64,000 bases of DNA, taken from IMG/VR virus record IMGVR_UViG_3300017917_000952, positions 124,001 to 188,000 of that record, one strand, 5' to 3'. Both the position numbers and the translations under genes were made by a program. The notes under the pieces were generated by a model that did no database searches, was not told the origin of the DNA, and saw nothing but the letters and a program-made list of their open reading frames with translations. Positions 24,488 through 33,800 of this stretch are shown one piece after another; the stretch's first letter is position 1, and the number at the start of each line of letters is the position of its first letter.

Positions 24488-27313
24488 ATGGCAATTACAG
24501 CAATAAGTAAAGACTTCGTAGTCAAATCCGGTGCGCTCGTTCAGGGAACGCAGGCGGTAACATCGTCAACAGGCCAGACGGCAACGCTTCAAGTTAATGG
24601 CGGAGTTGCAATTGCCAAGAACTTAATCGTAGGCACAACTGCTTCTATTTGGGGCGCACAAACAAACTACGGTCCCCTAACAGTTAACGGGCTAACTTCG
24701 CTTGCAGGATTAACCGCAGGTACTTCGACATTAACTTCTTTGCAGGTTACTGGACCAAGTTTATTTCAAGGCCAGACACTATTCACAGGCGCAGTAAACA
24801 CATTTAGCGGTTCGCTATTCATTACTGGTACAAACATTTTAACTGTTGACACAGGTGCAACGAACTTAGGTGGAACCTTAAACGTTGCAGGTGTAACTAG
24901 CATTACAAATAATACAGCAGCCGATTCTGCTGGTAATACTGGTGCTCTTGTAGTAACTGGTGGCATTTTAACACAGAACAATTTAGTTGTCGAAAGTACT
25001 GCATACAACACTACAACTAATACCGCAAACGCTTTATATGTAGCAGGCGGTATCTATGCAGATGGTGGATTAACTGTTGGCTCAAACGGTCCTGTACTGT
25101 TCAAAGGACCAGTTACATTTAGCGGTACATCGACGTATGTATTCTCTACGCAAACAGTTTATACAGACAACATCTTAAACTTACACGTTCCACCAGGCGG
25201 CATTGATAATCAATGGACCTTAGATGACGGTAAAGATATCGGCTTTAGATTCCACTATTATACAAACAGCACAGATACAAACGCTGCTCTTGTTCTAGCC
25301 AACGATAGTAAGTACCTAGAATGGTACGCAGCAGGTGCAGAAGGTACTAGCACATTTGCAGGAAGTAGTTACGGTACGTTTAAAACTGGCAATATGATTG
25401 CCGGTCGCGGAATGCGAATCGGATCGTTTGCTAGCACTACAGCCAGCGTAGCAGGTGAAAAACTTACAGTATTTGGCGGCATTTACTCAGATAGTATTGT
25501 AACTGCAACAACATTCGTTGGCGCACTATCTGGAACTGCTACATTTGCAACTAACATTATTGGCGGCGCAGCAGGCAGTTTACCTTATCAAAGTGCTCCT
25601 AATACAACTGCTCTATTACCAATTGGTACAAACGGATACATCTTAACAGTATCCGGTGGAAACCCTGCATGGGCGCCAGTTAGTGGGTTAAGTGCTGGTA
25701 ACGCTACAACTGCAAGTAACCTTGCAGGCGGTCTAGCAGATCAAATTCCTTATCAAAGTGCTCCTGGTCAAACAGTATTCAGTAGTGCATTAAGATTTAA
25801 TGGAACAACATTTACCACTACAAACGTAATTGTTAGCGGTACAGGTAATGCTACTGGATATAACAACGGTACAGGCGCATTGCAGGTAGCAGGTGGTGCT
25901 GCAATTAATAACGACTTGTGGGTTGGCGGCGATATTAACTTACAAGGTAACTTGTACTTAAAAGGCGCTGGTCTAGACCAAATCACAGGTAGTACAGGTA
26001 CATTCGACTTCATAAGCATTGAAGGTACTGGCACAAGTTTAACAGTATTTGATGGTGTTAGAATTGGTGGTGTAACAACTGTTACAAACACAACCGCAGT
26101 AAGCTCTACTAACACCGGTGCTCTACAAGTTCGTGGCGGCGTAGGTATTGCTGGCGGATTATTTGTTGGCGGTGCAATTACAGGTTCTTCTGCAACAATT
26201 ACCGGCAATCAGTCGATTGGTGGTAATTTAACAGTCACTGGTTACGAAACTATTAACGGTGGCGCTACAATCAGTGCGCTAACAGTAACTAATGCTGCAA
26301 CTGTTGGTACAAGTTTAGCAGTTACTGGATTCAGCAGTCTAAATGGCGGTGCAACAGCCAGCGCATTGACAGTAACTAATGCTGCAACAGTTGGCACAAG
26401 CCTAGCAGTAACTGGTTTCTCAAGTCTAAATGGCGGTGCAGTAATTAGTGCCGCAACAGTCACAAATAACTTAGCAGTTGGTGGCAACGAAACTATCACA
26501 GGTTATCTAACAGTTAACGGTGGTGGTACAATTAGCGCTCTAACCGTAACCAACGCAGTCACAGTTGGTACAAGTTTAGGAGTAACAGGATTTAGTAGCC
26601 TAAGTGGTGGTGCAACAATCAGTGCTGCTACAGTTACAAATAATTTAACAGTGGGCGGCAACGTTGCGGTTACGGGCTACAGTACTGTCGGTCTATTAAC
26701 TGCAACTGTATTCACTGCAACTAGTGCCAACATTATTGGCAACGAAACTGTAGGCGGTAACTTACAGGTAACTGGATTATTCACAGCAACTGGCGCATCT
26801 ACATTCGGTAACACTGTAAGTATTTCCGGTATTACCAGTATTACTAACGCAACTGACAGCAATGCTGTAAACAACGGCGCATTAGTAGTCAGCGGCGGCG
26901 TTGGTATTGCTAAGAGTCTAGTGGTAGGTGAAGACATTACCGTTGGAACTGCTACAACTCAAACAGTATTCAACAGTTTCTACAGCAATAACACCTTATA
27001 CGGTAACTATACCAGTGCTCATATTGTAACTAACAGTTTAATCAGTCTAGATACATGGAGTGCAACCGCTTACAGAACTGCAAAATACCTAGTTCAAGTT
27101 GTCGATGGTACTAAGATCCACGTACAAGAAATGTTAGTATTCCACGATGGAACTACAGTTTACATGACAGAATATGCTGTTGCAACAAGCCAGGGTGAAC
27201 TAGGAACATTTGACGCTACTCTAAGCGGTGGAACAATAACAGTTAAGTTCCAAGCAAACTATACACCTACACAGATGACTATCAAAGTAAGTAGGCAGAC
27301 AATTACATTATAA
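24488..27313 (+). CDS. Tail fibre-like protein (941 aa)
   Basis: Repeated TGALQVxGGVGI beta motifs, 29-aa tandem repeats, C-terminal YRTAKY domain paralogous to upstream ORF. Confidence 0.8.
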   Translation: MAITAISKDFVVKSGALVQGTQAVTSSTGQTATLQVNGGVAIAKNLIVGTTASIWGAQTNYGPLTVNGLTSLAGLTAGTSTLTSLQVTGPSLFQGQTLFTGAVNTFSGSLFITGTNILTVDTGATNLGGTLNVAGVTSITNNTAADSAGNTGALVVTGGILTQNNLVVESTAYNTTTNTANALYVAGGIYADGGLTVGSNGPVLFKGPVTFSGTSTYVFSTQTVYTDNILNLHVPPGGIDNQWTLDDGKDIGFRFHYYTNSTDTNAALVLANDSKYLEWYAAGAEGTSTFAGSSYGTFKTGNMIAGRGMRIGSFASTTASVAGEKLTVFGGIYSDSIVTATTFVGALSGTATFATNIIGGAAGSLPYQSAPNTTALLPIGTNGYILTVSGGNPAWAPVSGLSAGNATTASNLAGGLADQIPYQSAPGQTVFSSALRFNGTTFTTTNVIVSGTGNATGYNNGTGALQVAGGAAINNDLWVGGDINLQGNLYLKGAGLDQITGSTGTFDFISIEGTGTSLTVFDGVRIGGVTTVTNTTAVSSTNTGALQVRGGVGIAGGLFVGGAITGSSATITGNQSIGGNLTVTGYETINGGATISALTVTNAATVGTSLAVTGFSSLNGGATASALTVTNAATVGTSLAVTGFSSLNGGAVISAATVTNNLAVGGNETITGYLTVNGGGTISALTVTNAVTVGTSLGVTGFSSLSGGATISAATVTNNLTVGGNVAVTGYSTVGLLTATVFTATSANIIGNETVGGNLQVTGLFTATGASTFGNTVSISGITSITNATDSNAVNNGALVVSGGVGIAKSLVVGEDITVGTATTQTVFNSFYSNNTLYGNYTSAHIVTNSLISLDTWSATAYRTAKYLVQVVDGTKIHVQEMLVFHDGTTVYMTEYAVATSQGELGTFDATLSGGTITVKFQANYTPTQMTIKVSRQTITL
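26255..26689 (+). repeat. 87-nt (29-aa) tandem repeat x5 inside fibre gene
   Basis: Units begin 26255, 26342, 26429, 26516, 26603 (NGGATISALTVTNAATVGTSLAVTGFSSL-like). Confidence 0.85.
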
Positions 27314-27326
27314 ATGTAACACACTA

Positions 27327-27360
27327 AAAATAGGGCTCATTGAGCCCTATTTTGTTTTGT
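27327..27360 (+). terminator. Perfect 13-bp inverted repeat, probable (bidirectional) terminator
   Basis: AAAATAGGGCTCA-T-TGAGCCCTATTTT followed by GTTTTGT; TATAAATA promoter at 27382-89. Confidence 0.8.
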
Positions 27361-27431
27361 AAATCTGATTTTTCCTTTTTATATAAATAACACTATTATA
27401 GCCATTTTGGTGGAAAGGGAAACTAAAAGGC

Positions 27432-27812
27432 ATGCCTATAAACGCCGACTTTAAAGTCAAGCACGGCCTTGTGGTCAATACCACAGCGACGTTCTTGTCA
27501 ACAGTAACTTCAACTAGCACTACAACAGGTGGTGTAATTCTATCCGGCGGTGTTGGCATTGCCAAAGATGTTTACATCGGTGGAACTGTAAACATCCTCA
27601 ACACTACCTCAGCAACAAATACAACAACTGGCGCACTACAGGTCGTAGGTGGCGTTGGTATTCAGGGCGATCTTTATGCCCGCAACATTTATATGAACGG
27701 TACTTTAGTAGGTACCTTTGGCGGCGGTGGTGGTGGCGGATACCCCTATATTGATTTAGGCTATGTTTGGGACACACCAGTAGCAGGATCAGTGGATCTA
27801 GGCTCGTTGTAA
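27432..27812 (+). CDS. Small fibre adaptor-like protein (126 aa)
   Basis: N-terminal DFKVKHGL, two GALQVVGG repeats, C-terminal IDLGY...VDLGSL. Confidence 0.7.
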   Translation: MPINADFKVKHGLVVNTTATFLSTVTSTSTTTGGVILSGGVGIAKDVYIGGTVNILNTTSATNTTTGALQVVGGVGIQGDLYARNIYMNGTLVGTFGGGGGGGYPYIDLGYVWDTPVAGSVDLGSL

Positions 27813-27835
27813 ATTAACATGTAAGAGAAACAATA

Positions 27836-30800
27836 ATGACATCTGTATTACAATTTAGAAGAGGAAACACAGCACAGAACGATGCGTTCACAGGTGCTGT
27901 AGCAGAAATTAGTATCGATACAAGTACTAATACCTTACGTGTTCATAACGCAGTTACACCGGGCGGTACATTTATTATGCCAACACTGCGTTTAACCAAC
28001 GCAGAAAGATTAACAACAACTGCACAAGTAGGTCAATTTATATACGTCACTGATAACGTATCGGCGGGAGTTGCGCCAACATGGGTAGGCGATGGAGTAA
28101 CAGCAGGTGGCGTAGTTGCAGCGGGCGGTGTTGTATCAGCCGCATCTACAGCAAGTAATTTATCAGCAGGTACCGCTGGTCAGATTCCTTATCAAACAGG
28201 ACCCGGTGCAACCAGTTTCTTTGGTCCGGGATCTGCTGGACAGTTTTTACTAAGCAACGGAACAAGTGCGCCTGCATTTACAAATACCTTAACATATTCT
28301 AACGGTAGCATTAGAGTCGACGGTACTGCTAATGCTACTTCAACTAGTACCGGTGCGTTAATTGTTGCAGGCGGCATCGGTGTTGCGGGCGATGTGTATG
28401 TCGGCGGTAAAATTGTTTCTCAACAATTAGAAATTCAACTTACTACTGTAACTACAACATTAATTCAAACCGACGATGTCATTAAAACATCCAACACAAC
28501 CGCGGCACATAACGCTACTACTGGTGCCCTACAAATTGCCGGTGGCATAGGTGTCGGCGGAAGTATTTTTGTTGCAGGTAATGTAACCGCTACTACATTC
28601 TTTGGAAACTTAACTGGTACAGCCAGCACCGCAACTGCTGCGGCAACTGCTTACTCGACAATTGGCACACATACTGCTGGTACAGGTCTAAGTGGTACTA
28701 CTTTCAACGGCAGTGCAAACGTTACCTGGACATTGAACACTGCTACACTAATGCAGACAGCCGTTAACCTAAACGGCGGCGCAGCAGGTAGTTTACCATA
28801 TCAAAGCGCAGCAGGCGCAACAACATTCCTAGGAATCGGTACTAGCGGATTTGTATTAACCAGTAACGGCAGTGCTCCTACATGGACAGCATTGAGCGGA
28901 CTTAGTGCAGGTCTTGCCACAACGGCAAGCAACATTGCAGGTGGATTAGCAGATCAAATTCCTTATCAAAGTGCTCCTGGACAAACAACATTTAACGCAG
29001 CACTTCGTTTCAACGGAACAACATTTACCACAACAAATATTGTCGTAAGCGGTACAACAAATTCATTATCTAATACCAGCACACAGGGCGCACTATTAGT
29101 CACTGGCGGTGCTGCAATCGCTAAAGACTTATTTGTAGGTGGTGATATTAACCTACAGGGTAACCTGTACCTAAAGGGCGCCGGCCTTGACCAGATTACA
29201 GGTAGTACAGGTACATTTGATTACGTAAGCATTGAAGGTACCGGTACTGGATTAACCGTTGCTGACGGAGTATCTATTGGCGGCGACACATTAATTACAA
29301 AGACTACCGCAGCAAGTTCTACTAACACGGGTGCGTTACAAGTCCGGGGCGGCGTTGGTATTGCTGGCGGCCTTGTTGTTGCTACTGTTGTAACTGCAAC
29401 TAACTTCTCTGGTTCTTTAAGCGGTGGTACAGGCGGGGCGATTGTATATCAAAGTGCTGCAAATACTACAGCATTCTTAAGTACATCCACGACTGGTAAC
29501 TTCCTACAAGGTAACTTTAACGGTGCTCCTACTTGGACTAGCACAGGTAGCATGTATGTAGGTAGTTCCGTATTTGCAGAAGATATTCGTGGCGGGACAA
29601 ACGGACAAATTGTTTATCAAATCTCAGCAGGTAATACTGGTTTTGTCGGTCCTGGCACAACAGGTAACCTCTTCATTAGTGGCGGTGGAGGAACTCCAAG
29701 TTTCTTAGCAACAGGTGCCGCAGGTACTTTCTTAGGCAGTGCAGGTTCTGGTTCTGCTCCGGTATGGACTACAACTGCAACGATGTATGTACAAAACTCT
29801 AACGTAAGTACAAATCTACGTGGTGGAGTTGCAGGACAATTACACTATCAAACAGCCGCAGATACAAGTGGTTACATCACAACCGCTACAACAGGTAACT
29901 TCTTACAGGCCAACTTCAACGGTGCACCTACATGGACTAGCACAAGTAGTATGTATGTTAACCGTGCAACATTGGCAGACAGTGCTACAACAGCAACAAG
30001 TGCGGGTACTGCTTATGCAACTATCGGTACACTAACTGCCGGTACAGGTCTAACAGGTACTGCGTTCAATGGTAGTGCAAACCAAACTTGGACATTGAAC
30101 ACTGCTACCTATATGGCCAGTGCCGTAACTGCTAACAACTTAGCAGCAGGCGCAGCAGGTAGTCTGCCTTACCAGACATCTGCTGGCGCAACTACTTTCC
30201 TCGGTATCGGTACTAGCGGATATGTATTAACCAGTAACGGTACTGCTCCTACATGGAGTGCATTAAGCGGATTAAGTGCCGGTAACGCAACTACAGCAAC
30301 AAACTTAGCCAACGGTCTTGCAGGGCAGATTCCTTATCAATCTGGAGCAGGTTCGACAACATTCTTAGGAACTGCAACAACAGGTAACTTCTTACAAGCC
30401 AACTTTAATGGCGCACCGCTATGGACATCTAGCGGTACCATGTATGTTAACAGTGCGGTATTTGCAGAAGATCTGTATGGAGGAAGCTCTGGACAGTTAG
30501 TCTATCAAAGCAATCTTAACACAACTGCTTTTGTAACTACAGCAACCGCAGGCAACTTCTTACAGGCAAATGGTACTAATGCACCAACTTGGACAACAAC
30601 AGCATCTATGCATGTCGGTGCTGCGGTTACTGCAAGTAAGATTGTTGGTGGCACAGACGGACAGTTAGTCTATCAAATTTCTACAGGCGTAACAGGATTT
30701 GCTGGACCGGGCACTGCTGGACAATTATTAGTCAGCGGCGGTACTAGCGCACCAACATACACAAATACTAGCAGCATCTATATTCAAGACGCTAACGTAA

Positions 30801-33800
30801 GCACAAACCTACGTGGTGGTGTTGCAGGCCAAGTACATTACCAGACTGGTGCTAACACAAGCGGTTATATTTCAACTGCTACAACAGGTAACTTTCTACA
30901 GGCCAACTTCAATGGTGCTCCTACTTGGACCACAACTGCTAACATCTATGTAGCCAATGCTGCGGTTAGCACAAACCTACGCGGTGGTACACCATATCAG
31001 ATTCCTTATCAAACTGCTGCGAACACAACAGCATTTGCTAACTCAGGTACAAGCGGTCAATTCTGGCAAGCAACAACCAATGGCGCACCCGTATGGACCT
31101 CAACAGGCAGCATGTATGTTAATCGTGCTGTAAATGCCGATAATGCTACATTGGCTATCTCTGCCCAAGTTGCAGACGAAGTAAAAACTTTATCTAGAAG
31201 CGACAACGTTAATCGTTATCCTACTTTTGTGTTTGGTAACAATCCCTCGCTATCTCCAGAAGGACTTTACACAACTGGCAGTTTCTACGTTAATGCTCAG
31301 TCTGGTCTTGTAAATTTAAACAGCCTGTCCGTTAACAATACAGCCTATAGCACATCATCCGGTGTTAGTAACGCATTATACGTTGCCGGCGGCGCATTTA
31401 TTAACGGCGGCCTAACCGTTGCAACAGATGCTCCTGTACTATTCAAGGGCCCTGTGACCTTTGCCGGTACTGCGACATACGCATACAGTACCAACACTGT
31501 ATATACTGACAACATCTTAAACTTACACACACCCCCAGGTGGTGTAGGAACTGCATGGACCTTAGATGACGGTAAAGACATTGGGTTTGTTTTCCACTAC
31601 TATAAGAGCGTTGACAAAAACGGATTCTTAGGATTAGGTAACGACTCTGGTTACTTAGAATGGTATGAAAACGGCACAGAAAGCGGCGGTATATTTACAG
31701 GTACAAACTACGGTACATTTAAGACTGCTGCGATCAAACTGGTAGGTGGTACTGCTAATGCAGGAAACACATCTACCGGCGACCTAACTGTTCTAGGTGG
31801 CGTTGGTGTCGGCGGTAGCGTTTATGTCGGCGGCAACATTACTGTAGCGGGAACAATTAACGCAAGTATTACAGGTATTTCTACAACAGCAACAAACTTA
31901 GCAGGTGGACTGGCGGGCCAGTTACCGTATCAAAGTGCCGCAGGTGTTACATCGTTCATTACTACGGCTACTACCGGTAACTTCCTACAGGCCAACTTCA
32001 ATGGTGCTCCTACTTGGACATCGACGGCTAACATCTACGTTAATCGTGCAACACTGGCAGACAGTGCTACTGCTGCAACAACAGCAACAAGTGCGGGTAC
32101 TGCTTATGCAACAATTGGTACATTAACTGCCGGTACAGGCCTAACAGGTACTGCATTCAACGGTAGCGCAAACCAAACCTGGACATTGAACACAGCCACT
32201 TATATGGGCAGTGCTGTAACTGCTAATAACTTAGCAGGCGGAACACCGTATCAAATACCATATCAAAGTGCGGCTAACACCACACTGTTTGCAAGTTCGG
32301 GAACAACCGGCCAGTTCTGGCAAGCAACAACCAATGGTGCACCTGTATGGACAACAACGGCTAACATCTACGTTCAAAATTCTGTTCTCTCTACGCACCA
32401 ACGAGGCGGTGTAGGCGGCCAGTTACAGTATCAAAGTGCAGTTGACACTACAGCATTTGTAAGCACTGCAACCACTGGTAACTTCTTACAAGCAAACTTC
32501 AACGGCGCACCTACATGGACCACAACTGCTAACATCTATGTGGCTAACGCCGTAGTCAGTACAAATATTCGAGGCGGCACCAATTGGCAAATTCCGTATC
32601 AGAGTGCTGCAAATACTACTGCGTTTGCTAACTCAGGTACTAGTGGTCAGTTCTGGCAAGCAACAACCAACGGCGCACCTGTATGGACATCGACAGGCAG
32701 TATGTATGTTGGTCGTGCTGTAATTGCCGACAGTGCAAGTGGCGGTAGTGCTCAGGTCAATACTGTAGCACAGCCAACAAACTTTGATTATTTCTTAACA
32801 TTTGTTGATGCAAACAATGCAAGTGCAGCGGCAGAATTTGTCTACACAACTAGCAGCATCTATGTAAACCCAAGTGCTGGTAACCTACGTGTATCTGGTA
32901 TTGTTACTGCAACAACATTTGTCGGTAACGTAACAGGTAACTTAACAGGTACAGCAAGTAACGCAACAACAGCAACTAGTGCCGCTACTGCTTACGCAAC
33001 TATCGGTACACATACCGCCGGCACAGGCCTAAGTGGAACCACATTCAATGGAAGTGCAAACGTAACCTGGACCTTGAACACTGCTACCTATATGGCCAGT
33101 GCCGTAACTGCTAACAACCTAGCAGGTGGTAGTGCAGGTCAATTTGCGTTCCAGACAGGCGCTGGCGCTACATCTTTTGCATCAACTGGCAGTATGTATG
33201 TTGGTCGTGCTGTAATTGCCGACAGTGCAAGTGGTGGTAGTGCTCAGGTCAATACTGTTGCACAACCTCTAAGTGCTGATTACTTCTTAACTTTTGTTGA
33301 TACAAATAACGCAAGTGCAGCAGCAGAAAGTGTTTATACAACCAGTAGCATCTACGTAAATCCAAGCGCCGGTAACCTACGTGTATCTGGTATTGTTACT
33401 GCAACAACATTTGTTGGAAACTTAACAGGCAATGTAACAGGTAACTTAACTGGTACTGCTAGCACTGCAACTGCCGCAGGTACTGCCTATGCAACCATTG
33501 CGGCACACACCGCTGGCGCAGGTCTAAGCGGATCTACATTCAACGGTAGTACTGCGGTAACATGGACTTTAAACACAGCCACTTACATGGCTAGTGCTGT
33601 AACTGCTAATAACTTAGCAGCAGGCGCAGCAGGAAGTCTACCGTATCAAAGTGCGGCAGGTACAACTACTTTCTTAGGTATTGGTACCAGCGGATTTGTA
33701 TTAACCAGTAACGGTAGTGCTCCTACATGGACAGCACTAAGTGGCCTGAGTGCAGGAACAGCAACTACAGCAACAAATGCCGACAATGTAAGAACTGTTC

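Noticed and set aside
11181-33800. CRISPR or TIGR-like arrays
   Set aside because: All tandem repeats are in-frame coding repeats without unique spacers.
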